In this document: piece after piece, positions 23,715-37,710 of the stretch
Layout: every line of letters begins with the position of its first letter
How positions within the stretch are numbered: the first letter of the stretch is position 1
Assembly (NCBI GenBank): GCA_964658305.1
Contig: OZ210885.1
Span: 5,456,001 to 5,520,000, forward strand
Direction of reading: 5' to 3'
DNA length: 64,000 nt
Source of the DNA: Leptogorgia sarmentosa
Lineage: Eukaryota
The notes under the pieces: model-generated
What the model was told of the DNA's origin: nothing
The model's input: the letters and a program-made list of their open reading frames with translations, nothing else
Databases searched by the model: none
Position numbers and translations under genes: made by a program

Positions 23715-26249
23715 GTTTATTTTATTTAATATTATTACAATAATATAATAATAATAATATTACAACATTTTGATTTTATGACAAGTTAGTGCGAGCGGAA
23801 TTCAATTTTTTGGGGAAAGCTTATTCAACGTTGTCTCAACATTATATCTAGGACGTCGTTGCATGAACATTATAGAGTTGACGTTTTTTAACGTGGAATT
23901 AAGCGGTGATTTTCCTTCTTAGCAACTAAAATTCAGTTTCAACATTGTTTTTAAGACGTTGGATCAACGTTATAGAATTGACGGTGTTTTAACGTGAAAT
24001 CGACGTTACTTCATATTTGATGTTAACTGGCAACCAACATTTTCAAAATGATATAAAAATAGAAAATTAAAAGAGTTTATAAAAGCACGAAGAGCAAGAA
24101 CAAGAATGAAAAAGATACAGGTTAGTAGAAGGTAAAATTAGATCGTTTTAACGTATTAAAATAAGGTTTTAAATCCTTCAACCAGAGAAATACAAAAATA
24201 CACAAAAGGCGGGAAAAATGCGAAAAATACCAAATTTGTAGACCTTTAGAATTCACAGTACCTTGCGAGTGTTTCATGAAGCCTGTAGAAAGTTTTTTTT
24301 TTCAAGACAGGTATTGCGTGTGTTACTTAATCTTAAGATTTCTCATGCGTATAAATATTTAATTGAACATAATTTTTCGTCTTTTAACACTGAAAAACAT
24401 TACTGACATACGTTGTGCCAAATCGAATAATAATTTTTTTTAACATGTATAGTGGAAGTAGTTCTTTATTTGAATTAAAATCCCATTTTAACACCTGTGT
24501 GAACACATGAAGCTGCACATGTGTGAATTCACATGTGTAAGACTTCACGTCATGTGAGCATTCACATGTCGGGTTTCACATATGTGACAGCTTCAAGCAT
24601 TTGATAATTTTTCACATGTGTGAACAAATTCATGTGTGTGAAATTTCAAACGGGAAGCCTTCACATGTTTAAGCTTTCACACATGTAGAAATTCACATCT
24701 GTAGATTCACATGTTGCAAATTAACATGTTCAATTTCTCACATGTGGAAATTGACATGGGTAGATTCACGTGTTCCAAATTCACATGTTCAATTTAACAC
24801 ATGTGAAAAGGGGAAGTTTCCTTGACTAGTTCATCTAGGCGTACATTGGGGCCGAAAAAGAAAAATTTCATGTTTTTCTATATTGCACACCTTTGGTTAA
24901 ATTTTTACCGACCGCTCTTAAACGCAAGTGTAATATGGGCGGGAAAATATGCGAAACAAACAAACAAACAAACAGGCAGTCGAATGTTGCTGTATGCAAA
25001 TACATCTCTAGCTACACCCATTTTCCTTGCACATTACCATAATTTATGATATTCGATATCAAATTAAACAAGTTAATTTTTGATTAATATGAATTGCCAT
25101 TAAATATCAATTTACAGTTGTACCCAAACTCCATTATGTTATGGAGCAATCCGACTATAATATATATACAATAGAAAAGATATATGCATATAAGAAGGTT
25201 TTGTCCGGACAAATTGTTTGAGTCAAAACTTGAATTTTTCAACCAATACGATACTCCTCTTATTAGTAAATTCGTAACGTTATATTGGTAATTGTTGTTT
25301 TAGTGGTATCACCGATATTCAAGATTTTGGAAAACGTTGAATGATTGGGTGAAAATGTGAATGACCATAGCTTTCCTTAGAGCTCTTACAGGGGACATTT
25401 AATATCAATGAACCACTAAAACCACAATGCAGCACGTTATCAATAAAGGAAATACAGTATTAGAAGGTTGACAAGCCATATTAATATAAGTTGTCATCAG
25501 AAATTGTACGATTGTTGATCCTGTGTTAGAACAAGTGGACGAACGAATATCTTCGAAAACTGATACAGCGTAGTGGGAAACAAAGTCGTGAAACACCACA
25601 ATTTTTGAAGGAATGATTTTCTGATTTAATTCAATAATTTTAAAAAAATTTAAAAAATCTAGAAAATGCCGAATTTTCAACGAATCTTCAATGACGTCTT
25701 TTTCGCAACTCAGTGAAATCGGAAAAAAGCGTCAACCACAAATAGAAAGGCACAATATCAATTTTTACACGCGTTCAGCCGAACGTGTAATGGCCACATG
25801 TGAAAATTAACAGCTTACGTGAAATTAAAAATTTGAATTTTTTGTGACGTCATACGAGAAAATCGCATTTCCGTCGCTTTGCATTTGGTAATTTTTTTGA
25901 AACATTGCGGGCTTAAATGAAACCGCAAGGTGTATAAAATTATCAATTTTTGTAATCTAAGTTACACAAAAGGTGTTTCACGTTTATACGTTGTATCAAG
26001 AGGAAATAAATGATATTCAAGCGACTAATTAAACATTTTCTTAAAACCACTAGGGAGCCACCTTGTTCATCATGGTGTGAATATATTACTACATGCTTGA
26101 CTATGAAAGGCTCGTATCCCTGCTGTGAGTTCGTACGTGTACTTAGAGGTAGTTTGTCATGAAAACCCTCACATTGTTGACATTAGGAAGATCTTTCGCC
26201 CCCGTTGAGACTAAAATGGGACTAAACGCTTTGTATTTATTGCATGACC

Positions 26250-29200
26250 CTAGTGCACTCGTTCGTGCTTCTTTAAGCTGCTTGATTGACTAAATGTCTT
26301 ACCACATTGTTCACACTGGAAAGGTTTTTCTCCAGTGTGCACTCGTTCGTGTGTCTTTAAGTGACTTGGTTGACTAAATGTCTTACCACATTGTTCACAC
26401 TGGAAAGGTTTTTCTCCAGTGTGCACTCGTTCGTGTGTCTTTAAGTGACTTGGTTGACTAAATGTCCTACCACATTGTTCACACTGGAAAGGTTTTTCTC
26501 CAGTGTGCACTCGTTCGTGTGTCTTTAAGTGGCTTGGTTGACTAAATGTCTTATCACATTGTTCACAGTGGAAAGGTTTTTCTCCAGTGTGCACTCGTTC
26601 GTGTCTCTTCAAGTTACATTTCAGAGTAAATTTCCTGCCACATTTTTCGCACTGGAAAGGTCTTTCTGGCATATGAAGTCGTTCATGTGTCTCTAAGTTG
26701 ATTTGCCGATTAAATGCCTTGCCACATTGTTGACATTGGAAAGGTTTTTCTCCAGTGTGAACTCGTTCGTGCTTCTTTAAGCTGCTTGATTGACTAAATG
26801 TCTTACCACATTGTTCACACTGGAAAGGTTTTTCTCCAGTGTGCACTCGTTCGTGTGTCTTTAAGTGACTTGGTTGACTAAATGTCCTACCACATTGTTC
26901 ACAGTGGAAAGGTTTTTCTCCAGTGTGCACTCGTTCGTGTCTCTTCAAGTTACATTTCAGACTAAATTTCCTGCCACATTTTTCACATTGGAAAGGTCTT
27001 TCTGGCATATGAAGTCGTTCATGTTTCTCTAAGTTGATTTGCCGATTAAATGCCTTACCGCATTGTTCACATTGGAAAGGTCTTTCTGGCATATGAAGTC
27101 GTTCATGTCTCTCTAAGTTGATTTGCCGATTAAATGCCTTGCCACATTGTTGACATTGGAAAGGTTTTTCTCCAGCGTGAACTCGTTCGTGTGTCTTTAA
27201 GTGACTTGGTTGATTAAATGTCCTACCACATTGTTCACACTGGAAAGGTTTTTCTCCAGTGTGCACTCGTTCGTGTGTCTTTAAGTGACTTGGTTGACTA
27301 AATGTCCTACCACATTGTTCACAGTGGAAAGGTTTTTCTCCAGTGTGCACTCGTTCGTGCTTCTTTAAGCTGCTTGATTGACTAAATGTCTTACCACATT
27401 GTTCACACTGGAAAGGTTTTTCTCCAGTGTGCACTCGTTCGTGTGTCTTTAAGTGACTTGGTTGACTAAATGTCCTACCACATTGTTCACACTGGAAAGG
27501 TTTTTCTCCAGTGTGAACTCGTTGGTGTGTCTGTAAGTGACTTGGTTGACTAAATGTCCTACCACATTGTTCACACAGAAAAGGTTTTTCTCCAGTGTGA
27601 ACTCGTTCGTGTGTCTTTAAGTTACTTGGGTGACTAAATGTCCTACCACATTGTTCACACAGAAAAGGTTTTTCTGCAGTGTGAACTCGTTCGTGTGTCT
27701 TTAAGTTACTTGGGTGATTAAATGTCTTACCACATTGTTCACATTGGAAAGGTCTTTCTCCAGTGTGAATTCGTCCGTGTGTCGCCAAATTACTTTTACT
27801 TTTGAATGGTTTACCACATTTCTGGCATAGAAAAGGCGTTTCCCCGCTGTTAACTCTACACCAATGTCTTTCCTCATTGTCAATTTGCTCGTGTTCGTGT
27901 TCCCTTCTACTAATATGGGAATTGAGGTAATCTTCGCTGGTGTATTTTCTACTACACTGAGGACATTCCCATAGTTCTGTGCACGTCAACAATGGACACC
28001 TTCGTACGTGAGATTCGAGGTAATTGAAATAGGTAAACATTCTTCCACAGTGTTTGCAAGTATGACCGCCTTCAAAAAGACAAAGTATGAATTAAATAAA
28101 ACAAGCATTGAATGGGATGTGGAGAGGAGATACGAATGTTTGTTTTGACACATTACTGGGTGTTTCCATTGTTATTTCCAACCAAGTTTTATTTTGGTTG
28201 AGAAGCGCGTGTTCAAAAACACAACGAATTTTTCCCGCCTAAACTCAAATGGTTTTTTATAACCAATAAGATCGCGTGTTCGCCATTTCAAACGGCAATT
28301 TTTGCACGGCAGATAACCGAAGGCTGAGGCAAATAACACAAACCGAGGCCTGAATAATTCCCCATATCCTACGAGGACCGAATTCAATAATTGTTTTATT
28401 ATTTATTTGTATATAGCGCTTGCAAAAACACGCAATTGCAAGGTACTGGAAATAGAACAATAATATAGTGTTCGCAAGATTGAATAAGCCAATCAGACTA
28501 CAAGAGAAAATGTTCTTATAGTTGTTGTACATTTCAAGGTCGCAGTCAAAGCAATTCAACATAGCTAAAGAAGGATTAAATCAAACAAATTTATTTCAAC
28601 TCAATATAAACGTTTGGAAGAACCTTTCCTTTGAGGAAGCCATTTGTATTTTCCACTATTTTTCCGCTTTTGGCATATGCAGAATAAATTAGTCGACGTC
28701 ATAATGTCGTATAATTTTCAATATACGACATAATTACGTCATAATGTCGTATATGAGGATTTATTGCACTGCTCTTAACCAATCAATGCAAAACTCTTGA
28801 ATTGTTTGAAATAAATAACAATATTATTTACTTGCCAACCTTATCATATTATACTAATGAATGGTACGTCATGCCCAAATAAGGTGTGTGACGTCATTTC
28901 CACATCCTGGTCGACGCCATATTGTGTTGGCCAAAGAACTCTATTCAATAATTCGACGACAAACGAGAATCCACAATTGGAAAACAACTCGCCTTTCGGG
29001 CTTGTGTTTCCACACATTTCTCGTTCTCCCAGACTTGCACTCGTGTTTACATAACTCGATGTAAACATGGAAAATGTTATATAAAACTTAAATAACGTCT
29101 AGTTTATACCTTCAAAGCGCTTTCCCTCTTGTTTTTCGTCCTCCTCGTATAGCGGTATGCCAAGGTCTTCTGCATATTCATCTCCATACCATACCAGGAG

Positions 29201-32200
29201 TTCACCATTTGCTCTGATCTCTTTATACACTCTGTAGTAAATATCTCCATGATATTGGAAGGCAACTATATTTTGCTCGTCCTCGCATCGCGAACAGTTT
29301 ACAAAACGCATCCAATTGCTTTGAGATGGATCTTTGCCGTCGATATAATACTGGATCTTTCCAAATTTTACGATCTGTTAATAAATCAGTTGGCAATTCA
29401 TGAATAATTTATGAAGAAACACAACAAAAATCATGAACATGAGGAAGCTTGTTGAAACCCGGCAGATTCACATAAAGTTTGATTATTTTCATAAACAATT
29501 ACTCATATGGTTTCCGTGTTTGGATGGCCTGATCCAAACACGCGAGAATGCTGCGAGAGTTGGTCTGTGGAAATTATATGAGAAATAGGAACCAGTGGCG
29601 TCAGCAACGGTAAAATCTGCCATGTTTCTGGCTTCACCCCTTTGAACCCAAAAAGTTGAGTGCACTCTCTCCAGTCTTTCTTTAGCTCAGTGTCTGCGAG
29701 CCCGTAAATCCAATATGGCGGCAAGAAAGAGGAATATATTAAACTATCATGAATTGGATTCTTTATCATCAGTTGTTTTATACAACATATATTTTTCTTT
29801 TAAATCTTTCCAGCTTTTCAGTACTTTATTTGTTATGTGCAGTGTAAACACAACCACTTCAGAATCCACACAAAGCTTTTTTATGTACTGTAAGCAATGA
29901 TTATCATCGACAACTACATCTTGCTTGTACCTCTGGTAATCATAATTATCTTTAAAAACGTCACACATAATACAGGCTCATTATACTTTTAAATAAACCA
30001 GAAAATATGGACTTCCCACAAGTTACAATTCATAATTCGCGCGAAGCTTTAATTCGCGCAAAATAATTCACCCGAAGTAAAACAACCACGGAGTTAGCCG
30101 CTGAAATTGCTGATTGTTTTTAGCATATCCCATCAGGCAATACTGGCCTAGATTCTGCAGGTCATGGCGATTATTTTGATACCAAACACTTGGCATTATG
30201 GCGTGCCTTTTTGTTACTATACTATTTAACAATTAGATTACGAGCTCGAGATTTCTATGAGGTGATAGTTGATGAGGGCGAAGCCCGAATCAACTATCAT
30301 CTCGTAGAAATCGAGAGCGAGTAATCTAATTGTTTTAGTAGAATCAGAGATCAAACATGAAAATATTGCAAAAAATAATTTAAAAACGCGTCTCAGAATA
30401 CATTTTCTTTAACGAAAATTCACATATTTTGCTACTCGCTATGTATCGAGGAATAGATATCGAGTAGAGTAGCCAATCAAATTGCAGCATTTGCAATAGT
30501 ATACGAGTATGATTCTACTAATGAATGTTACGTCATCAGTGCGTTGGGCTACTATATGCCATGACAGCAAAGTGGCCAAATTAAATGTTTCCACTGTTCA
30601 CAAGCTTAGTAATATGCCAGTTGTTGAGTCAGCAGCTATTTTAGCTTTGTTCATCTCAAATATTGACAATTTTTCTATTTGTATAAACAAAATGCTAGAG
30701 ATTTAGATAAAGAGATTTGCCGCGTAGGACGCAGGCGCACTATAGTACAAGATGGCCGAAGCTGGTGCATTTCCTCTATTTAGCTGCAAGTCCCACTCTG
30801 AAGCGTCGCCATATTGCATACATAAATATTTCATTCACCGCGAACACGTGCTCACTTCGAGAAGTATTAGAACGTGCGGTAATTCGCCAAACACGCGTGA
30901 AGTCTTTCATTAATACTTCGAGAAAAAGTATAATTTCCTTTTAATATCATGGTAGTCAATAATTTCAGTGCAATTTCAATATCAAACAAATCAAAACCCA
31001 TCGTAAATTGATACGAGAAACAAAAATTTTACTGTACTTTTACCTGTTTTTAAATTTACCGCTCGCATATCGCGGGCTCGAAACCGTGGTATTTGAAATT
31101 AAATTACACACTTGTGTAATTAATGTTTAATTCACACAGGTGTTGAAGCTTTTTAGCCAATCAGCGTCCAGGAAATTGACTACAGTTATATTATCAGAAA
31201 AACTCATGGTGGTATTGCAGAGACATTATAGATTTAAAGGAATATCATCGGACCTATTTTAAAAGAAAATGCTTGAAATAGGTTTTTTCAAACACGACGT
31301 TAAACGATTATACATGCACGAACATTTAGTTTAATGCAGTGGCGTCTAGGGGGCCATGGCCGCCCCTAGAATTTGAGGCTTGTCACGGAAATTTTTAGAA
31401 ATTTAATACTTGTCGGAAAAGCTAGTCGATCATCTTCTAAAAATTATTGCTTTTGTTTGGTGATATTAAGTCACGCTGGCGTCCACCTCGTATTTTTATA
31501 TCCACTTCTGAAACGATAATGAAATAGTCGTTTCCGGCGATTTAAAGGTCCTAAATGTTCAAAATTTTCCCGCGAGGGGCCAACCAGATAGTTAGCTTTC
31601 GTGGGCACATTTCTAAGACACTGATGACCATGCCCTTTACTCGTGCAAAATCCCGTAACACCCCCGCCCCATTGTCATGTACTGGTAAATGTAAAATTTT
31701 GGTTTCGGAAAAATCTGGTTTTGCCCCCCCCCCCCTTGGAAAAGCTCCCACGACGCCACTGTATTTAGGAAAAGTTTTATCACAAACGTTTTCGAAGTTA
31801 AATTTTCTGTCATTGAAACTGATAATTCTTATGTTGTTTAGCCACTTTAAAAAAAAAAATAAGTTGGGCTACTTCGTGTTCCACAAATATAGTTGCATCA
31901 TCAGTTATGAAAACGAGGGGTGCATGTACACATATATTTCTATTAGAGCTTTCAATTGTATTTACCTGCCACATGTACGATGTATCCTCTCCTTCAGTCT
32001 CCAGAACTTTCACCCCACGATATGGTCCAAAACGAGTATTAACCTCGATCTTTTTCTTAGTAAAGACTCCCAGACCAGCTCCGGGAATCCTTGAACGTCT
32101 CACACACAAACTTTTAGGTAGCGACGTGATTGCTTCAGGCATCTTCCCTCTTTCCACGACATTGTCGTCCATGATGTTGAATTTATGTGTTTCGCATTCG

Positions 32201-33001
32201 CCATAATAAACATCATCACATTGTTCACAGTCTGTTAAACGATTAAAGAATTAGGGGTGAATAGGAAAATGAAGGACAATATACGATTTTTGGACGAGGC
32301 TGAGCAAAATATCGTGATTTATCTGTGGCGAGCAGATCAATTATTTGCCGATGGCAAAGCCCAATAATTGATCTGCGAGCCACTGATAAATCACGATATT
32401 TTGCGACAGCCAAGTTCAATAATTGTTTTATTATTCAGTTTATTATTTACGATCGTTTGTCACTCGCTTCGACGTAAAATTTCCCGACCACGGCAAAGTT
32501 TACTTTTGGACGCCAATAAGTCCTTTGAATTATAAGTACTCTTGAAAAAAAGTTAAAGCAGATTCGGTTGCTTTCTTGGTGTTTTCGGGCCGTCTTTTTC
32601 GTGTGGAAGATCTAATCCAGTAATCGGACGCAAACAAATTTAAGTCAACTGCGCATGAGCAAGCCATTATTTGAAGCTGAGCGAGTTTTGAACTAAATGC
32701 GCATGCTCAGTAAACTGTTTGCACCAATTATTTGCAGTTGAAGTGACATTTGTAGGCAGTATTTGTAGGTAAATTAACCAATCAAAATTGAGTAAATAAT
32801 AAACTGAATAATAATACTGAATATTTACCATTTTAACTATTTGCTCAGTGGTTTCGGGAATGGTTGTTTGTATAATGAAGAAAGTTCATTAAACTTACAA
32901 ATATAATGATCATCATCATCAATTTCTTCTTCAGTGTAATTCGGACGTTCAGTACTCCTTGAAGATCTTCTCGGAATGTGCGGGTGCGACACATCCACCA
33001 T
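26250..33001 (-). CDS. PRDM9: PRDM9-like copy 3, histone methyltransferase with SSXRD-like exon, zinc knuckle, PR/SET, post-SET fingers and 19-finger array (~817 aa); exons 33001-32899, 32231-31966, 29374-29110, 28069-26250
   Basis: All introns are GT-AG with consistent phases (1,0,1). Translation includes [40 protein letters not shown]...[21 protein letters not shown]...FGPYRG...SYMWQ-IVK...[40 protein letters not shown]...[16 protein letters not shown]. This matches PRDM9/PRDM7 motifs and exon layout. Orthology not tested. Confidence 0.88.
30227..30518 (+). mobile_element. TIR-less hairpin element inserted in intron 2 of copy 3 only (related start at ~63779)
   Basis: Starts TAACAATTAGA; hairpin centred on GGGCGAAGCCC. 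Empty site atacTATTgaatg at ~43105 in copy 4. Confidence 0.7.
31337..31761. mobile_element. Intronic MITE with CAGTGGCGTC/GACGCCACTG ends (paralogue 43894-44323)
   Basis: 10-bp TIRs shared with the 38418-38570 element; TSD not clear. Confidence 0.6.
32281..32815 (+). mobile_element. TIR-less hairpin element in intron 1 of copy 3 (same insertion at 45288-45807 in copy 4)
   Basis: Inserted in ggaCAAT^actg (empty in copies 1 and 2) and ends with AATAAT. Internal inverted repeat AAAATATCGTGATTTATC.../...GATAAATCACGATATTTT. Confidence 0.75.
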
Positions 33002-34452
33002 TATCATAATCTGAAAAAGGTAGAGTTAAGACTCTAAAATGACCGTTTAAACGATTGAAAACTCAATCTATTTATCCGTAAAAACATTTTCTTTCGTATT
33101 GTTTTTATGATCCAAGCTTTTTCTATTGAAAATCAATCCTACGCGAGATTGAAGGAAAAATCAATCTTAAAGGAGTTACTTTTCAATCAAATTTCAATCG
33201 AATTATCTTCATACATTGCCAGAAATCGTCCCCACGCGAATTAATTATACTCGCCCCAGTCGAATTTTTCGACTTTCTAGCTAAATGGTTTATATCGTCC
33301 CGACGAATAATTCGTCTCCCGCTCGTCTTTATGCGAAACGATTTCAAGATATCTTAAAATGCCGGTTGGCCAAAGTCGTCCAGACACATTATTCGTCTGT
33401 AAAAACGGCCGTTACGTAAATATTCTCATTTCGTATCATCGTATGATGATAACAAGTCATAGTTTCAAAAATGAACGGGCATTCTATAATTTGACCTTTG
33501 GTTTATTTTGTGAAAAATACGTGCACTTGGACTACAGTCACTATATATATAGTCATGTTGCAATTGTTCCTAAATATAAATATACAAATACATCCAGACA
33601 TCACAAAATGTAAACAATATAAACTGCGATATAAACAATGCAGTCCGGAAATCATTTCGTTGATGAATGATATGGCCTTAAAATATCGGCCAGCAGGCAG
33701 TCTGACATTCAGAATGAGTCGGACATTTTAAAAAATTATCTCCGATGGCCATGAGGCTAATTTTGAAATCATGTTGACAGTATAGACTGATTTCCCCTTG
33801 CACGTGTTTTTAAATTCAGCACGTTCACTCACGACGCACGTAAAGTATGAAATAACCGAATAACGACTGACAAATTACTGTGTAATGAAGCGAAAATAAA
33901 GACATATACGAGCCAAAATAATTCAGCGAACAAAGGCGTCGCAGAACGCTGTGCAACCGGACAGTAAGGCGCGTTTTAGACGTCGAATTTCCGTCGCATT
34001 GAATGCAATTCAAACAATAGAAAATGATTAAATAACTTTGCTCATTAACTATGGTTTGAATTTTATTAGGCGCGACGAATATTTGACGTCTAAAATGGGC
34101 CTAAACAACATAGAAACATACCTGAAGGATGACGATTTTTGCTAGGTCTTTCAATATTCGAAAATCATTCAGACATTCACAGATTCACTTCACCTGGCCG
34201 AACGAATCGCTGTCGGACAATGTTCGGAATAGCTCGGAAATTAATTGTCATTTGAATTTCCAAAGGAATTTGAAACAATTAAAAAATTTTCCTCTTTCAG
34301 CTGAACATTCGAATTAAGAAAATAAATCAGTTGCACAGCTAGAAAAGACTAATAAATTTGGTAAAATAAATGCGAATTTGGACAGTATTGTATACGCGTA
34401 TTCGCCAATTTCATCTCGAGTGCGCCGTAAAGACGTGATAATTGAGGATAAT

Positions 34453-34765
34453 AAATGAGGATAAAACGTGGATTCGGTAAGCGGATTCCGCATAGAGGAT
34501 AAAACGCCGATTCCACAAATGAGGATAAAACGCGGATTCCGCACATCAGGATAAAACGCGGGTTCCGCAAATGAGGATAAAACGCGGATTCCGCAAATGA
34601 GGATAAAACGCGGATTCCGCAAATTAGGATAAAACGCGGATTCCGCAAATGAGGATAAAACGCGGATTCCGCAAATGAGGATAAAACGCGGATTCCGCAA
34701 ATGAGGATGAAACGCGGATTCCGTAGGCGAATTCCGCACATGAGGATAAAACGCGGATTCCGCAA
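34453..34765. repeat. 26-bp minisatellite, unit 3
   Basis: Same repeat unit. Confidence 0.95.
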
Positions 34766-35349
34766 AACTCATGGGTGAGACCGCATTTTTGCGCGTTCAT
34801 TTTCCAAGGCCGAGCAACTGATTGAAATTGACTGGACTGTTAACTTTCAATGGCAATTCACTGCGTGAAGTTTAACAACTGGACTGCTATCGTGAATTGT
34901 GATTTCACAATTTTACCAATTTTTACCTTTGGGACCGTTCATTATTTATGCCCGGGGTTGGTACCGAAGAGAAACAAAAAAATAGTGCAAATATTATTTT
35001 TACCCAACCTCGGCATGCCTAAAAAAATTTTTTACCCAACCCCTGTATATTTCCTAAAATATAAATCTACTATGTGGTGAATATATCTACTATGTGATGA
35101 ATACCAATTTCATTTCACCTACTGTTGGTATATCAGGCTAAATTTTTTTTTACCCAACCCATGAGCTAGTCAAAAAATTGATTACCCAACCCATATATCT
35201 TCGATGCCAACCCCAGGCATAGATAATGAACGGTCCCTTAGTCGCATTATCGCTCTAATCACCCCTAGATCAACCCCTGCCTGATGGGGCTTTGTGAATA
35301 AGTATTCACCCATTTCGTTTTTTATTACTCGTTGCAAGATATCAAATTC

Positions 35350-36565
35350 GCCTCATTAGCTCAGGGGTTAGAGCACTGGTCTTGTAAACTAGATGTCCCG
35401 AGTTCAAATCTCTGATGGGGCTGTGTGAATAAGTATTCATCCATTTCGTTTTTGGTTATTCGTGACAACATATCAAGTTAACTCTCGTGATTGTATGAAA
35501 AGTGTGACCAGAAACAAAATTTTTGAAGAGAATTTATTTCATGAAAATCATGTGATAATTCAGAAAATTAAGTTTAATTAACTTCTTAATATCCTTGTAG
35601 TCAATTTTCTGGACGCTGATTGGCTAAAAAGCTTCAACAACTGTGCGAATTAATGCGAATTAAACATTAATTACACAGGTGTGTAATTAATTTTTCAAAT
35701 ACCACGGTTTCGACCCGCGAAATTTAAAATCAAGTAAAACCACAGTAAAATTTTTGTTTTTCGTATGAATTTACGATGGTTTTGATTTGTTTGATATTGA
35801 AATTGCACTGAAATTGACTACTGTGAAAAATTGCACTTGTGTTTGGCGAAATAAATAAATTTTCATTAATACTTCTCGAACCGTGTAATTTCCGCTCACT
35901 TGCATGTAATATATTCGTTATTATAATTCAATGAATGAGTAAATGGTAACGTTTTACAAAGAAAGAAAACAATTTTATAATCTTCTCTGCTATATTTAGA
36001 ATTTTGAAACCTGAGAATAGTGAAGAATTCTACCGCAAACGCTTGAGCTGCCTCATTAGCTCAGGGGTTAGAGCACTGGTTTCGTAAACCAGGGGTCCAG
36101 AGTTCAATTCTCTGACTTCTCTGATGAGGCTTCGGAAACTAGGAAGAACGTGGAAGGCATACGCCTGAAATGTCTTCCATATGGAGTTCAAGGTGTTAAC
36201 ATATTCGATTTTACAACTCAATATAATTAAGTTTAATTAACTTCTGAGTTGGATTTCTATTCTGAGTTCCAAGGGAATGAAATCGCCTCATTAGCTGAGG
36301 GGTTAAGCACTGGTCCAGTAAATTATCTAGTGGAATATAAAGAAAGAAGAAAAAGATAAACATGGAAGATAAACTCGGATAAACGAGAAAGATAACGTGG
36401 AAGATAAACGCCCCGAATTTCATTCACATGCAGTTCAGGGTGTTAAAAACAATATTGGAGGAGTAGTACAGTAGCTACGTTGGAAAAAAACACGAGGAGG
36501 TTTTTAGCAGGTCGCCTCCTTAGCTAAGGTGTTAGAGCGCTGTTTTCGCAAACCAGGGGTTCGGG
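35350..36565 (+). pseudogene. Unit 3 tRNA-Thr-derived cluster (35350-35422, 36050-36131, ~36285, ~36514)
   Basis: Paralogous to the unit 2 copies; T-stem mismatch, 9-nt insertion or truncation. Confidence 0.65.
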
Positions 36566-37430
36566 TTTATTTTATTTAATATTATTACAATAATATAATA
36601 ATAATAATATTACTACATTTTGATTTTATGACAAGTTAGTGCGAGCGGAATTCAATTTTTTGGGGAAAGCTTATTCAACGTTGTCTCAACATTATATCTA
36701 GGACGTCGTTGCATGAACATTATAGAGTTGACGTTTTTTAACGTGGAATTAAGCGGTGATTTTCCTTCTTAGCAACTAAAATTCAGTTTCAACATTGTTT
36801 TTAAGACGTTGGATCAACGTTATAGAATTGACGGTGTTTTAACGTGAAATCGACGTTAATTTATATTTGATGTTAACTGGCAACCAACATTTTCAAAATG
36901 ATATAAAAATAGAAAATTAAAAGAGTTTATAAAAGCACGAAGAGCAAGAACAAGAATGAAAAAGATACAGGTTAGTAGAAGGTAAAATTAGATCGTTTTA
37001 ACGTATTAAAATATGGTTTAAATGCTTCAACCAGAGAAATACAAAAATACACAAAAGGCGGGAAAATGTGCGAAAAATGCCAAATTTGTAGACCTTTAGA
37101 ATTCACAGTACCTTGCGAGTGTTTCATGAAGCCTGTAGAAAGTTTTTTTTTCAACACAAGTATTGCGTGTGTTACTTAATCTTAACATTTCTGATGTGTA
37201 TAAATATTTTATTGAACATAATTTTTAGTCTTTTAACAATGAAAAACATTACTGACATACGTTGTGCCAAATCTAATAATAATTTTTTAAACATGTATAG
37301 TGGAAGTAGTTCTTTATTTGAATTAAAATCCCATTTTAACACCTGTGTGAACACATGAAGCTGCACATGTGTGAATTCACATGTGTAAGACGTGAAGTCA
37401 TCTGAGCATTCACATGTCGGGCTTCACATA

Positions 37431-37710
37431 CCAGGTGATCTCGATACACGGAAAAGGACTGGGACTAGCTGTCAAATAGAAATCCATTTTTCGACCGAAA
37501 CAACTGAGTATCTCTCATAATATACTTTATTTCGATTCCATATTTTTGTCAGAGCTATAGTTCTCATAACCAAACATATTTACATAATTTTAAGTAGTTT
37601 CGTACAGAATAACGAAAGATATAATCGTGTGAATACAGCAAAATGGATTTCTATTCGGGCAACCCTTTCTGAGCGCTGATTGGCTGAAACACGAATACGA
37701 GATCATCTGG
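37431..37710. mobile_element. MITE with TA duplication (Tc1/mariner-like), unit 4 only
   Basis: TA-CCAGGTGATCTCG...CGAGATCATCTGG-TA. Empty site cacaTAtgtgacgg in other units. Confidence 0.8.

Noticed and set aside
29503..29968. Intron-2 ORFs conserved between copies 3 and 4 (e.g. [11 protein letters not shown]...)
   Set aside because: No recognisable domain; conservation is explained by recent duplication; the flanking PR/SET exons already join in phase 0.
34453..34765. 26-bp repeats as a CRISPR array
   Set aside because: Repeats are contiguous with no unique spacers, there are no cas genes, and the context is eukaryotic.
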